64,000 nt of DNA from Gammaproteobacteria bacterium (GTDB lineage Bacteria; Pseudomonadota; Gammaproteobacteria; Tethybacterales; Persebacteraceae): NCBI GenBank assembly GCA_965243565.1, contig OZ251571.1:77153-141152 (forward strand). The letters run 5' to 3'. Position numbers and translations under genes: made by a program. The first letter of the stretch is position 1. Every line of letters begins with the position of its first letter. Shown piece by piece: positions 17,504 through 27,960 of this stretch. The notes beneath the pieces were generated by a model. That model was given only the letters and a program-made list of their open reading frames with translations. It did not search any database and was not told the DNA's origin.

Positions 17504-20468
17504 AAACAAAGTTATCAGAGCGTGTGCGGGTAGCGGTAAAACCTATGCACTCATACAAAGATTGTTGGCACTACTAGAAGCGGGTGTTGCTCCGGGTGAA
17601 ATAATTGCAATTACCTTTACCAAAAAAGCCGCTGCCGAAATAAAAGAACGTTTATTTAATCAATTGCGTGTTCTGGCAAAGACAGAAAAATGGGCGAGCC
17701 AAGCACAACAACGTTTGTTGCAAGCCCAAAGCAGTCGAGATGTTGTTAATATTTATACGTTTCATGGCTGGTTTGCTACGCTGTTGATGAATAAAAGCAG
17801 CTCTAGGCAATGGCTAGGCATGCCAGAAATAATAGAAACAGACGCTGATATTCGACAAGAGGCGTGGCTGCAGTGGAATAAAAAAAATGCACAGTCAAAG
17901 ACGGTACAAGACATTTTAATAATGTGTTCTCCTTTTGGTTTGGAAGAGTTAATGACCCAAACATTGGTAAAAAACAGCAATGCATGGAAGTTATATAATA
18001 AACAGTACGACACTCTTTTAAAAAAAGAAAAGCAGTGCTTAGGTGATGCAAAGAATAAATTAGAGCCTTTGTTAATAGCGCTTAATGAACAAACATCAGA
18101 TAAAAATAAAACTGCACAAAACTTAAAAAAAACAATTGATGTTTATTTAAACGATGGAAAAGAAGAAGAGCTTGAAAAAATTATATTTAAAGCGGATGGC
18201 AATATAAGAGTAACGATAAGCAAGAACGCTCAAAACAACGATACTTTGCCGCTTTTGGAAAATGTAGCGACGTACTTAATGCAATTGCTTAACCACCGAG
18301 ACACGGTGGAAACGATTGAGCTGAATCAACGGCTACAGCCATTGTTAGATGATTATTTGGCAATTTATAGTCAATTAAAATCAGATAAAAATGGGATGAC
18401 ATTTGATGATTTGGAATACCAAGTCTTGTTAGAGAGTGAGCAAAATAACAATATAAATGATTTGCTTTATCGCACCCAATGCCATTACAAACATATTTTG
18501 ATTGATGAGTTTCAAGATACGAGTCCTATCCAATGGCAAATTCTATATAACTGGTTACAATCGACAGTTGGTAGTGACAGTGAGCCGACTATTTTTATTG
18601 TGGGTGATCCCAAGCAAGCCATTTATGGCTTTCGCTACAGCGATTCAAGACTAATGACGGTGGCAGAAGATTTTTTAACATCGCACTTTACCACCGAAAT
18701 ACACGAAGAAGCCGTGTGTCGTCGATGTGCTCCTGCTATTATTGATATGGTGAATACTGTCTTTGCCAATAATAAAAATCTGCCTGCCTTTTCGGCACAC
18801 CAAACCGCAAGAGGAGTGAATAGCGATATAAAAGGTCGGGTGGAATGGCACGATCATAGTAATGCTGGCACAAAAAAAGAAGAACGTAAAAAAAACAAAA
18901 CACCGCGTAATCCATTAAAAACACCGCTATCAGAAAAAAATGAAAATTATCAGAATTGGGCAAATGCCATTGTTAAAAAAATAAAAAGTATGGTTAATGT
19001 TTGGCAGATTCAAGACGAAGGAAAAACTCGCCTCGTTACCAACGAAGATATTTTAATCTTATTTCCTCAAAAAACGCATTTATCAATGGTCACTGATGCT
19101 TTGGGACAGAGTAATGTGCCGTATCAATTATTGGGTAACAGCAATCAGTTTACACGTGAACATTTTGTTTATAAAGATATTATAGCGCTGATGTCTGCTT
19201 TGCTGTCACCGTATAATGAAATCGCGTTGGCACAGCTGCTCCGCTCGCCACTGTTTGCTATGTCTGATGAAATGTTGTTGCGTTTATGTGAAGAAAAGAA
19301 CGATTCTCGGCAAACATTGTGGACTCAATTAATGACAAATAATCACATCGATAACTTGCCTGCCAAACAAATGTTGTTGCGTTGGCAGGGGTGGTTAAAA
19401 AAAGGAACATTGCCAGTGCACGATTTTCTTTCATGTGTTTTTGAAGATGGACAGTTTTTATCCCGTTATCAATCGGCAGTACCGATAAGTCAATACAGTG
19501 AAATAAAATCTATTATTAATGGGTTTCTTGATTTTTCTTTGATCTACAAAGGAGGGAGTTATCCTTTGGTGCAAAATTTTCTGGACGATGTTCAATCTCA
19601 GTCGTTACAATCACCATTGGCAAGCAATACACAAGGAGTCAAGCTAATGACAATACACGGTGCAAAAGGCTTAGAAGCACCTGTCGTGATACTTGCCGAC
19701 ACCAGTTTTGGCGATAAATTTAAAGGCAATAAACAAAGCATGGACTGTTTAATAGAATGGCTTCCCACTCATACACGCCCGACCCTTTTTATGTTAAAGC
19801 CAAAGAAATATTTTAAAAGAGCTTATGTAAGATGGTACGAAAAAAAACAAGAACAAGCACAAAAAGAAGATGCTAACTTAAGTTATGTTGCACTAACCCG
19901 TGCCAAACAAGCGTTGATTGTTTTTTCACAAAGACGCTCAGAGGTTGCGGATGAACTCGAAAATTATTTTCAAGAAGCAAAAGAGTATGGCGATGATTTA
20001 TCTGGCGTTGTTGCCTTTGCAGAACAAAATAATACTGTGGCAACGCTTGAGCCAATCAAAACAGGGGTGTTTCAAAAATCATTAATGGGTGAAAAAGTAC
20101 ATCAAATAATTTCATTGCTTTTAATGGGGCTTGATAAAAAAAACATCAGGCAGTTACAAGAAGATTATAACGAAACAAATTTTAAAACGGCGCAGACTCT
20201 ATTAAAGGTGAGCGATTTACAAGCATTATTGCAAGAGTGCGAGCGGTTGATGGTGGAGCAAGAATTTATAGAAGATGGAAAATTAATAAGAATAGACTTA
20301 TTAATTTTCCATCAAAAAAGTATTTGGATTATCGATTTTAAAACCGGTAAACTATATGACTACTACAAAGCACAATTATTAAATTACAAAGCCGTAGTAG
20401 AAAAAATATACCCAGACCATACTATTCAAACCGCATTGTTAATTGGTGAACGGCTGCAAAAACTATAG
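17490..20468 (+). CDS. addA: UvrD-family helicase with C-terminal PD-(D/E)xK nuclease (AddA/RecB-like)
   Basis: ACAGSGKT, ITFTKKAAAE, IDEFQDTS, VGDPKQAIYGFR, TIHGAKGLE, YVALTRA, RIDLL..IIDFKTG. Confidence 0.85.
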   Translation: MAIIKNKVIRACAGSGKTYALIQRLLALLEAGVAPGEIIAITFTKKAAAEIKERLFNQLRVLAKTEKWASQAQQRLLQAQSSRDVVNIYTFHGWFATLLMNKSSSRQWLGMPEIIETDADIRQEAWLQWNKKNAQSKTVQDILIMCSPFGLEELMTQTLVKNSNAWKLYNKQYDTLLKKEKQCLGDAKNKLEPLLIALNEQTSDKNKTAQNLKKTIDVYLNDGKEEELEKIIFKADGNIRVTISKNAQNNDTLPLLENVATYLMQLLNHRDTVETIELNQRLQPLLDDYLAIYSQLKSDKNGMTFDDLEYQVLLESEQNNNINDLLYRTQCHYKHILIDEFQDTSPIQWQILYNWLQSTVGSDSEPTIFIVGDPKQAIYGFRYSDSRLMTVAEDFLTSHFTTEIHEEAVCRRCAPAIIDMVNTVFANNKNLPAFSAHQTARGVNSDIKGRVEWHDHSNAGTKKEERKKNKTPRNPLKTPLSEKNENYQNWANAIVKKIKSMVNVWQIQDEGKTRLVTNEDILILFPQKTHLSMVTDALGQSNVPYQLLGNSNQFTREHFVYKDIIALMSALLSPYNEIALAQLLRSPLFAMSDEMLLRLCEEKNDSRQTLWTQLMTNNHIDNLPAKQMLLRWQGWLKKGTLPVHDFLSCVFEDGQFLSRYQSAVPISQYSEIKSIINGFLDFSLIYKGGSYPLVQNFLDDVQSQSLQSPLASNTQGVKLMTIHGAKGLEAPVVILADTSFGDKFKGNKQSMDCLIEWLPTHTRPTLFMLKPKKYFKRAYVRWYEKKQEQAQKEDANLSYVALTRAKQALIVFSQRRSEVADELENYFQEAKEYGDDLSGVVAFAEQNNTVATLEPIKTGVFQKSLMGEKVHQIISLLLMGLDKKNIRQLQEDYNETNFKTAQTLLKVSDLQALLQECERLMVEQEFIEDGKLIRIDLLIFHQKSIWIIDFKTGKLYDYYKAQLLNYKAVVEKIYPDHTIQTALLIGERLQKL

Positions 20469-20492
20469 CATGGTTTAGTCAACGTGGCAAGG

Positions 20493-20513
20493 TGCTTGAG
20501 GTTTACTTAAGCA
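20493..20513. terminator. Possible hairpin between convergent addA and pgm
   Basis: TGCTTGAG-gttta-CTTAAGCA (one G-U pair); no clear U-tract. Confidence 0.3.
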
Positions 20514-20528
20514 TTGACGGGTCGATGT

Positions 20529-21923
20529 TTAATCCAATATTTGCGTGTCTATTGAATCGTCAACTGATAACAGCATCTTTTTTATTTGTTGTTTGATGGA
20601 GTAAATAACGTTTTCGTTGTCGCCTTCAAAACGTAAGACCAACGACGATGTGGTGTTAGAAGCACGTACAAGCCCAAAGCCATTGGTGTATTCTATGCGC
20701 AGACCATCTATCGTAATAATTTGTGCATCACAGAGAGAGTGGTTTGCCAAATTTTTAGAAAGGACATCGATGATTTGATGTTGATCTTGATGCGCTTGCA
20801 TGGCAATGTGTAATTCGGGTGAAGCGGGCCTGTTGGGTATTTGTGTAAAGGCATGATTTTGCTTTGAGAGTATTGCCACCAGTCTTGCTGCCGCAAAAAG
20901 CGCATCATCAAAGCCGTGCCAATTTTCTTTAAAGAAAAAATGGCCGCTCATTTCACCTCCTAATAAGGCACCGATTTCGCGCATTCTCGATTTTATAAAG
21001 GCGTGGCCAGTGGGTTGCATATCGGGCGTGCCGTTGTGTTTTTGTACCCAGCCCTTGAGCTGTGCTGTACATTTAACATCAAAGACAACGGTTGCATTGG
21101 GGTTGCGGCTGAGCATGTCTTTTGCGTATAGCATTAGCAGCCTATCGGCAAAGATTGGATAAGGCTCGTCGGGAAGAATAACGCCAAGCCTATCGCCATC
21201 GCCATCAAATGCTAAGGCGATATCTGCGCCTGTTTCTTTTAGAGTATTGGCGGCAGCGTGTAAGTTTTTTTCTTGAGTGGGATCCGGGTGATGATTGGGA
21301 AAATTTCCATCGATTTCACAAAATAAAGGAATCACTCGACAGCCCAATGCTTGCAGTAGTAGTGGTGCAAATTCGCCAGCAGCACCATTGCCAGCATCGA
21401 TGACAACGGTTAAAGGATGGTCGATTTTGTTGGCATCACAAATGCCGTTGATAAAACTATCACGAATATCAATCGGTTTTACCGTGCCTTTTTCTGTGAT
21501 TGAAAAATCTTGATGAACAATGCGTTGATGTAGGCAAGATATATCGTCACTCATTAGCGTTGCGTTGTTAATCATCATTTTCATGCCATTGTCGTCTTTG
21601 GGGTTATGACTACCAGTTATCATAATGCCCGTGCCAGCAGCGTGTTTGGCGGCGGTAAAATACAAAGCAGGAGTTGGTACAAGCCCTGCGTCAATAACCG
21701 TGATACCGCAACAAAGTAAACCTTCGATTAAAGCCTCTGATAAAGCTGGACTGGAGAGTCTGCCATCACGACCCACTGCAATTGTGTTGGCTCCTTGTTT
21801 TTTTGCTTCTGAAGCAAATGCCATTCCGATTTGTTTGGCGATGTCTTTGTTTAAGGTTTTATTATAGGTGCCACGTATATCATTGGCTTTAAAGATTTTG
21901 AGAGAAAGTGTAAGGGTTGTCAT
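20529..21923 (-). CDS. Phosphomannomutase/phosphoglucomutase (AlgC-like)
   Basis: IFKANDIRG, GRDGR, TGSHNP, FDGDGDR, GEMSGH, RASNT; start taken at ATG 21923. Confidence 0.95.
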   Translation of the reverse strand: MTTLTLSLKIFKANDIRGTYNKTLNKDIAKQIGMAFASEAKKQGANTIAVGRDGRLSSPALSEALIEGLLCCGITVIDAGLVPTPALYFTAAKHAAGTGIMITGSHNPKDDNGMKMMINNATLMSDDISCLHQRIVHQDFSITEKGTVKPIDIRDSFINGICDANKIDHPLTVVIDAGNGAAGEFAPLLLQALGCRVIPLFCEIDGNFPNHHPDPTQEKNLHAAANTLKETGADIALAFDGDGDRLGVILPDEPYPIFADRLLMLYAKDMLSRNPNATVVFDVKCTAQLKGWVQKHNGTPDMQPTGHAFIKSRMREIGALLGGEMSGHFFFKENWHGFDDALFAAARLVAILSKQNHAFTQIPNRPASPELHIAMQAHQDQHQIIDVLSKNLANHSLCDAQIITIDGLRIEYTNGFGLVRASNTTSSLVLRFEGDNENVIYSIKQQIKKMLLSVDDSIDTQILD

Positions 21924-21925
21924 AA

Positions 21926-22876
21926 TTACTCTTTTTTTGAATGAGGTTGAAGGAACGAAAAAATAGATTGAAACAACCAACCTTTAGGGTTTACAATAAA
22001 TTTTCCATGTCCGCCATAGTGCGGGCGAAGAAAAGTAATGTGCTCATTGCAGGTGGTTGATGGCAATGTATAGGCGGGAATAATGGGATCGTTTAAAGCA
22101 TTAATACACAATGTCATACATTGAATTTTATCAAGAATATGAATAGCGGATGATTGCTTCCAGTAGGTTTTTGCATTTGCAAAGCCGTGAAAACGTGCGG
22201 TATAAAACTCATCAAAGGCGGCGAGGGTTTTAATGGCATGAATTTCATCTCGACTGCCAATAATGGGAAATTGTTGCGATTTTTGCATTATTTTTTCTTT
22301 TAAGGATTTCAAAAAATAATTTGCATAGATGTATCGCCGCCAACCGTAATCAATTTTATCAACACAAGCGGTTAAATCAAAAGGCGTACTAATGGTAACG
22401 GATTTTTGAGGTTTAAACCCATTGCTTGATGAAAGATGATGTAGCAATGCCGATCCCCCCAAAGAAACGCCGATGGTAACCAAAGATTGATGGGGGAAAT
22501 ACGCCCGAATATAGTCAAGCATCCAAGCGACTTCTTTGGCATCACTGGCGTGGTAGGCACGATTTAATTTATTCATATGATTGCCACAGCTACGAAAATG
22601 AGGAATGACAACAGACCATTCTTGTTGTAAAAAATCATGTGCCAAATGCCGTATTAATTGACTTTGTGAAGAACCTTCTAAACCATGAAAGAAAACAACC
22701 AATGGTTTTTCTGCCTTGTTTTGCACAAAATCAATCGCAATTTCATCGTTGTCAGGGGTTTGAGCGAGGTGGCGTTTATAAGGAATGGTTGGGGTGTGAT
22801 ATAGTGGCAGAATGGTTTCGATGTGCCCACACATTAGCGAAAAAAAATTAGTAAGGGGTCTTTGAAATGAGGGCAT
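21926..22876 (-). CDS. YheT-like alpha/beta hydrolase
   Basis: GHIETI, FHGLEGSS, GVSLGG nucleophile elbow, NALNDP, GGH. Confidence 0.88.
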   Translation of the reverse strand: MPSFQRPLTNFFSLMCGHIETILPLYHTPTIPYKRHLAQTPDNDEIAIDFVQNKAEKPLVVFFHGLEGSSQSQLIRHLAHDFLQQEWSVVIPHFRSCGNHMNKLNRAYHASDAKEVAWMLDYIRAYFPHQSLVTIGVSLGGSALLHHLSSSNGFKPQKSVTISTPFDLTACVDKIDYGWRRYIYANYFLKSLKEKIMQKSQQFPIIGSRDEIHAIKTLAAFDEFYTARFHGFANAKTYWKQSSAIHILDKIQCMTLCINALNDPIIPAYTLPSTTCNEHITFLRPHYGGHGKFIVNPKGWLFQSIFSFLQPHSKKE

Positions 22877-22917
22877 AAAATAAAAAAATACAAATAAGTA
22901 ATAAAAGAAAGGATTTT

Positions 22918-23280
22918 ATGATGAGTTATGACAAAGAAAATATTTTTGCTAAGATATTAGATGGCAGTATTGCGTGTTCTAAGATACTGGAAAGCGATTA
23001 TACCGTTAGTTTTTATGACATTAACCCGCAAGCACCCAAGCATGCGTTGATTATTCCAAAAGGAGCGTATTCAAACATAACGGATTTTTCTGAAAACGCC
23101 TCAAGTGAAGAGATGGTAGATTGGGTGCAAGCCATTGGAAAAGTGGCAAAAAAAATAGGGGTGGATGAAGAGGGTTATCGCGTGTTGATTAATACGGGTA
23201 AAAACGCCTCACAAGAAGTCCCGCATTTGCACGCCCATATCGTTGGTGGCGGTTCTTTGGGAAAATGTTTTTCTTCGTAA
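22918..23280 (+). CDS. hinT: HIT family nucleotide-binding protein
   Basis: YDKENIFAKI, DINPQAPKH, HLHAH triad. Confidence 0.93.
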   Translation: MMSYDKENIFAKILDGSIACSKILESDYTVSFYDINPQAPKHALIIPKGAYSNITDFSENASSEEMVDWVQAIGKVAKKIGVDEEGYRVLINTGKNASQEVPHLHAHIVGGGSLGKCFSS

Positions 23281-23281
23281 T

Positions 23282-23854
23282 ATGAAGGTTGCAAAAAAGA
23301 GCTCCATGCTCTTTGTCTTTCGTATAGAAAAAGGGATTTCTGATATTGTTTTTTTAGCACATATAGTAGGAATAGTGGGGGAGGTGTTATGGAAAACAAA
23401 AATTAATCAATCCGATATGGTTGGCTTTATGACAATTAGCAGCCAAATTGCCATTATTTTTTCGGTATTCTTCTTTTTTCTGTTTGGCGTGATTCATGGC
23501 TTCATTTCTATCACACCGTTTTGGAGGTCATTAATAGTATTTAACTACGGAATAGCGTTAATATTGCTCGCAATCAGTCGTAATGATAATTACGCTTTAT
23601 TGCTATTTTCTTTTATTATCGGTGTTGTGATGGCAAGGCTAATGCTCACACCCATTGAAAAAAACCCCCGATTGGCGATTGTTTGTGCCATCGTTATATC
23701 AATATTGTTGTATATGCTGTTGTTTCGGTTATTTCCTTACAACTGGACAGACATCGCCGCTACTGCTGTTTACGGCGGACTGTGTTTTTTAGGCGGGGTT
23801 TTTGTGAGTTTGAAAATTTGGTCTTTACAAAATATAAACAATAATAAAAAGTAA
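23282..23854 (+). CDS. Hypothetical multi-pass membrane protein; start uncertain, possible frameshift near 23389-23406
   Basis: About five hydrophobic segments; best SD+ATG (23389) is out of frame by one base. Confidence 0.6.
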   Translation: MKVAKKSSMLFVFRIEKGISDIVFLAHIVGIVGEVLWKTKINQSDMVGFMTISSQIAIIFSVFFFFLFGVIHGFISITPFWRSLIVFNYGIALILLAISRNDNYALLLFSFIIGVVMARLMLTPIEKNPRLAIVCAIVISILLYMLLFRLFPYNWTDIAATAVYGGLCFLGGVFVSLKIWSLQNINNNKK

Positions 23855-24685
23855 GAGCCAAACGACATCAACAAAGTGCCAGTACCAAGCCACTGCTTCA
23901 AAACCAAAATGGTGCGTCGGTTTAAAATGTCCCAACAAACATCTAACAAAAATAACGATTAAACAAATAGTGCCAATGGTAACATGTAAGCCATGAAAGC
24001 CGGTTAACATGAAAAAGGTAGAACCATAAATGCCACTATCAAGGCGTAAGTTTAATTGTTGGTAGGCTTCGGCATATTCTTCAGCTTGTAAAATAAGAAA
24101 GACAACGCCCAATAAAATGGTGATTAATAATCCGATATTAAGTTGTTTGCGCTTGTTGTCGATTAATGCGTGATGTGCCCATGTAACGGTAACACTGGAG
24201 GTCATTAGGATAATGGTGTTGTAAAGTGGTGCATGCCAAGGCGAAATGGTTTGAAACGGCTCGGTAAAGTAAGGACCAGCCGTGGGCCAGACTGCCTCAA
24301 AATTAGGCCACAACAGTTTGCTATCAACAGACGCTAAGTCAGGCACTGACAGTATACGAGCGTAAAAAAGCGCACCAAAGAAGGCGGCAAAAAACATGAC
24401 TTCTGAAAAAATAAACCAACCCATTCCCCAACGAAAAGAGGTATCTTCCCATTTTTGATAACTACCTCCTTCGCTTTCTACTGCCACATCTCGCCACCAG
24501 CCATACATGGTATAAAAAGTTGATAATAGACCTACGACAAAAACGATTGTGCCGTAGTCGAAGCCGTTAAACATCAGGATAAATCCGCTCATAACGAAAA
24601 GCAATGCCAAAGAACAATAAATGGGCCAATAGGAGTTGTTGGGAACGAAGTAACTGTGACCGGAAGGGGGTAAGGAATGACTCAT
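23825..24685 (-). CDS. ctaE: Cytochrome c oxidase subunit III
   Basis: WFIFSEVMFF, TGFHGLHV, AWYWHFVDVVW. Confidence 0.97.
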   Translation of the reverse strand: MSHSLPPSGHSYFVPNNSYWPIYCSLALLFVMSGFILMFNGFDYGTIVFVVGLLSTFYTMYGWWRDVAVESEGGSYQKWEDTSFRWGMGWFIFSEVMFFAAFFGALFYARILSVPDLASVDSKLLWPNFEAVWPTAGPYFTEPFQTISPWHAPLYNTIILMTSSVTVTWAHHALIDNKRKQLNIGLLITILLGVVFLILQAEEYAEAYQQLNLRLDSGIYGSTFFMLTGFHGLHVTIGTICLIVIFVRCLLGHFKPTHHFGFEAVAWYWHFVDVVWLLLFIIVYIL

Positions 24686-24709
24686 AATAATTTATTTAAA
24701 GGAAGGATA

Positions 24710-24892
24710 TTACTCAACGATGAATTTTACAATATTAAGTAGTAAACAGACAAATACGATGACACAAATTACGCCTATAATTAATATGCGTAAGGGATGA
24801 ATGTTCGATTCATCTGACTGGGCACTTTGATTTTTACGAATACCGACAAACCCAGATAATACCGCTTTTAGTGCACGAATATTTTCTTTCAT
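24710..24892 (-). CDS. DUF2970-like small membrane protein
   Basis: KAVLSGFVGIRK motif; usual position between ctaG and subunit III. Confidence 0.8.
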   Translation of the reverse strand: MKENIRALKAVLSGFVGIRKNQSAQSDESNIHPLRILIIGVICVIVFVCLLLNIVKFIVE

Positions 24893-24895
24893 GAG

Positions 24896-25435
24896 TTAAG
24901 AAGAGCCGGTGCCTTCGACCTCAAAAAAGGCATAAGACAAAGAAAGCGTTTTAATGTCTTTGGGAATGGTTGAATCGATAATAAAAACAACCGGTGCTTC
25001 GATGGTTTCGTTGGCTTGTAATTTTAATTGTTCAAAACAAAAACATTGAATTTTTTTAAACCACTTATCGCCGCGGGCAGGACTAAATGAAGGGACAGCT
25101 TGTCCGTAAAGCGGTTTAGACGATAAATTTTTAATCGTGTAGATGACACTGTATGTTTGCCCTGCTTTAAGGTTTACCAGCGCGATATTTGGTTTCATGC
25201 TAACCAAGCCCTGACTGGTGGTAATAAATTCAGTGCGTATTTCTCTGTCGCTAATGGTGGTTATATTGTCAATGTCATCGGCGGGGTTGAGTAAATTGCG
25301 AATACCGGTTGCCTCGCAAAACTTTTCGTATAGTGGTACCATGCCATAGCCAAAACAGAACATTAATAGGGTTAAAACAATGAGCTTTTTTGCGATATGT
25401 TTGTTTGTGGCGGCGATTGTTGTCGGTGAGGTCAC
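24896..25435 (-). CDS. ctaG: Cytochrome c oxidase assembly protein CtaG/Cox11 (start taken at GTG 25435, uncertain)
   Basis: MFCFGYGMVPLY..FC..TG, KIQCFCF copper motif. Confidence 0.93.
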   Translation of the reverse strand: MTSPTTIAATNKHIAKKLIVLTLLMFCFGYGMVPLYEKFCEATGIRNLLNPADDIDNITTISDREIRTEFITTSQGLVSMKPNIALVNLKAGQTYSVIYTIKNLSSKPLYGQAVPSFSPARGDKWFKKIQCFCFEQLKLQANETIEAPVVFIIDSTIPKDIKTLSLSYAFFEVEGTGSS

Positions 25436-25510
25436 GATGTATAGCGAAAATAAATAGTAATACAAAAAAAGAAAAGAGTTACAGTAAATAAGCCAAAGGC
25501 AATAAGGTAT

Positions 25511-26008
25511 TTATTCACTTTGATTTTTTAATGTCTTAAGTAATGCAGGTACTTGATTGGGTGTTACGTTTTCAAACATTTTTTCATTGTTGACAATAAT
25601 GGCCGGTGCGCCGCTACATGCACCAAAACATTCCCCTTCTTTTAGCGTCCATTCATTGTCTTTAGTGGTTTCTCCAAAACCAATGCCCAATTCTTTTTTT
25701 AGGGCATTGGCTGTTTTTTCGGCACCCATTAACAAACAAGGCAGATTGGTGCAAAGGCATAACTTGTTACGCCCCACGGGCTTGAGTTCGTACATATTGT
25801 AAAAAGTAGCGACTTCGTAGGCACGAATGGCAGGAATAATGAGGTAATCGGCAACGGAGTTGATTAAATCATTGTCGAGGTAGCCGCCGTTTTCTTTTTG
25901 TACGATTCTTAGGGCACTCATAACGGCTGATGCTTGCTTGCCTTGAGGATATTTGGCAATTTCTTTGTCGATGAGTTGAGCAGATGCGTCGGATAGTTTG
26001 GTAGTCAT
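25511..26008 (-). CDS. nuoE: NADH-quinone oxidoreductase subunit E
   Basis: [21 protein letters not shown]. Confidence 0.96.
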   Translation of the reverse strand: MTTKLSDASAQLIDKEIAKYPQGKQASAVMSALRIVQKENGGYLDNDLINSVADYLIIPAIRAYEVATFYNMYELKPVGRNKLCLCTNLPCLLMGAEKTANALKKELGIGFGETTKDNEWTLKEGECFGACSGAPAIIVNNEKMFENVTPNQVPALLKTLKNQSE

Positions 26009-27258
26009 CGATCAATTTCTCCGAAAACGATGTCCATGGTACCGATAATGGCGACAACATCGGCAATCATGTGGCCCTTTGCCATTTTGTTCATGGCTGC
26101 AAGGTGAGCAAATCCGGGCGCGCGAATTTTTAGACGATAGGGTTTATTGGCACCGTCTGAAGCGAGATAAATACCAAATTCGCCTTTGGGGTGTTCAATG
26201 GCTGTATAGACTTCACCTGCTGGTAGATGCATGCCTTCGGTAAATAATTTGAAGTGGTGAATGAGCTCTTCCATATTGGTTTTCATGCTCTCACGGTTTG
26301 GGGGTGATATTTTGTGATTATCGACAATAACTGGTCCGGGGTTTTTGCGCAACCATTCGACGCATTGTTTAATAATTTTGTTGGATTCTCTCATTTCGAC
26401 CATACGTACGAGATAACGATCGTAACAGTCGCCATTAACACCAACAGGAATGTCGAAATCCATGCGGTCGTAAACCTCATAAGGTTGTTTTTTGCGTAAA
26501 TCCCATTCGACACCACTGCCTCGCAGCATTGGCCCAGTAAAACCCCAGGCAATGGCTTCATCTGGCGTAATAACACCGATGCCCACCGTGCGTTGTTTCC
26601 AGATGCGGTTGTCTGTTAGTAAGGTTTCGTATTCGTCCACACAAGCAGGAAATCGACTACAAAAATCATCAATAAAATCGAGCATAGAGCCTTGGCGATT
26701 TTTATTTAGTTTTTCTATCTGCTTTTTATTTTTAAATTTGGATGCCTTATATTGTGGCATTTTGTTAGGTAGGTCGCGATAGACCCCACCCGGACGATAG
26801 TAGGCAGCATGCAAACGTGCGCCTGAAACGGCTTCGTAGCAATCCATGAGGTCTTCGCGCTCACGAAAAGCGTAAAGAAACATTGACATCGCACCGACAT
26901 CAAGGGCGTGGGCTCCAATCCATAGTAAGTGGTTGAGTATGCGCGTTATTTCATCAAACATAACCCGAATATATTGTGCGCGTAAGGGGGGGGTAATTCC
27001 CGCTAATTTTTCGATGGCTAAAACATAGGCATGTTCGTTGCACATCATTGATACATAATCAAGCCTATCCATATAAGGCAGTGATTGCATATAAATTTTA
27101 TGTTCGGCTAGTTTTTCGGTGGCACGATGTAAAAGTCCGATATGTGGGTCGGCGTGTTCGACGACTTCGCCGTCTAATTCGAGTACCAAGCGTAAAACAC
27201 CGTGTGCCGCCGGATGTTGCGGGCCAAAATTCATAGTGTAATTGCGAATTTCAGCCAT
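26005..27258 (-). CDS. nuoD: NADH-quinone oxidoreductase subunit D
   Basis: [30 protein letters not shown]. Confidence 0.98.
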   Translation of the reverse strand: MAEIRNYTMNFGPQHPAAHGVLRLVLELDGEVVEHADPHIGLLHRATEKLAEHKIYMQSLPYMDRLDYVSMMCNEHAYVLAIEKLAGITPPLRAQYIRVMFDEITRILNHLLWIGAHALDVGAMSMFLYAFREREDLMDCYEAVSGARLHAAYYRPGGVYRDLPNKMPQYKASKFKNKKQIEKLNKNRQGSMLDFIDDFCSRFPACVDEYETLLTDNRIWKQRTVGIGVITPDEAIAWGFTGPMLRGSGVEWDLRKKQPYEVYDRMDFDIPVGVNGDCYDRYLVRMVEMRESNKIIKQCVEWLRKNPGPVIVDNHKISPPNRESMKTNMEELIHHFKLFTEGMHLPAGEVYTAIEHPKGEFGIYLASDGANKPYRLKIRAPGFAHLAAMNKMAKGHMIADVVAIIGTMDIVFGEIDR

Positions 27259-27845
27259 TAGATTGTCTCTTTGCCAAAGGATTCTTCACGCACAGTACGA
27301 GGCGTAATCTCGCGTGGTTCAATAGAAACAGGTTGATAAATAACTCTTTTTTGTTCAGGGTCATAACGCATTTCAACATGCCCTGATAGCGGAAAATCTT
27401 TGCGAAACGGATGCCCGACAAAGCCATAGTCGGTTAGCAGACGGCGCAAATCTTCATGTCCTTCAAAAATAATACCAAATAAATCAAACGCTTCACGCTC
27501 AAACCAATTGGCAGCAGGCCAAAGAGTGGTTACTGTTTGTAAACACGGAAAATCATCATCAGGACAAAACACCCGAACACGCAAGCGCAGGTTTCTTTCA
27601 ATGGAAAGAAAATGGTAATTGACGGCGAATCTCGTCCCTGTGTAGTTGTGGTAAGTAGAATAGTCAATACCAGCGATGTCAATTAATAATGAAAATTTAA
27701 AATCATTACGTAAAGCCGTAAAACAACCCATCATTTTTTCGGCTGGGACAACCAATGTGATTTCAGCCAAAGCGTGCGTTATTACAAACCCATCGGCAGA
27801 AGAAAAGTGTTCTTCTAGCTGTTCTTTCAAAAAAATTTCTGACAT
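27258..27845 (-). CDS. nuoC: NADH-quinone oxidoreductase subunit C
   Basis: [35 protein letters not shown]. Confidence 0.97.
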   Translation of the reverse strand: MSEIFLKEQLEEHFSSADGFVITHALAEITLVVPAEKMMGCFTALRNDFKFSLLIDIAGIDYSTYHNYTGTRFAVNYHFLSIERNLRLRVRVFCPDDDFPCLQTVTTLWPAANWFEREAFDLFGIIFEGHEDLRRLLTDYGFVGHPFRKDFPLSGHVEMRYDPEQKRVIYQPVSIEPREITPRTVREESFGKETI

Positions 27846-27851
27846 AGCTGA

Positions 27852-27860
27852 ATTTTATCA
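27852..27860 (-). promoter_or_regulatory. Extended -10 promoter 6 nt before the nuoC ATG
   Basis: Minus strand TGaTAAAAT-tcagct-ATG; no SD. Confidence 0.55.
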
Positions 27861-27945
27861 TTCTTATGGCACGTAAGCGTTTTTAAAATAGTGCAGACGT
27901 CGTGTAAAAGTAATGCATAATTGGTAGCAATAAAGGCTAATCTCG

Positions 27946-27954
27946 TGAGATAAT
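27946..27954 (+). promoter_or_regulatory. Extended -10-like promoter 6 nt before the trpA ATG
   Basis: TGaGATAAT-tgcgtg-ATG(27961); no clear SD. Confidence 0.45.
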
Positions 27955-27960
27955 TGCGTG

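Noticed and set aside
19148-19163. parS-like GTTTACACGTGAACAT in addA
   Set aside because: Only the CACGTGAA core is in register; the flanks are shifted, so the match is too weak.
20469-20528. Structured intergenic region as an sRNA or riboswitch
   Set aside because: Only 60 nt between two stop codons with a modest hairpin; at most a terminator.
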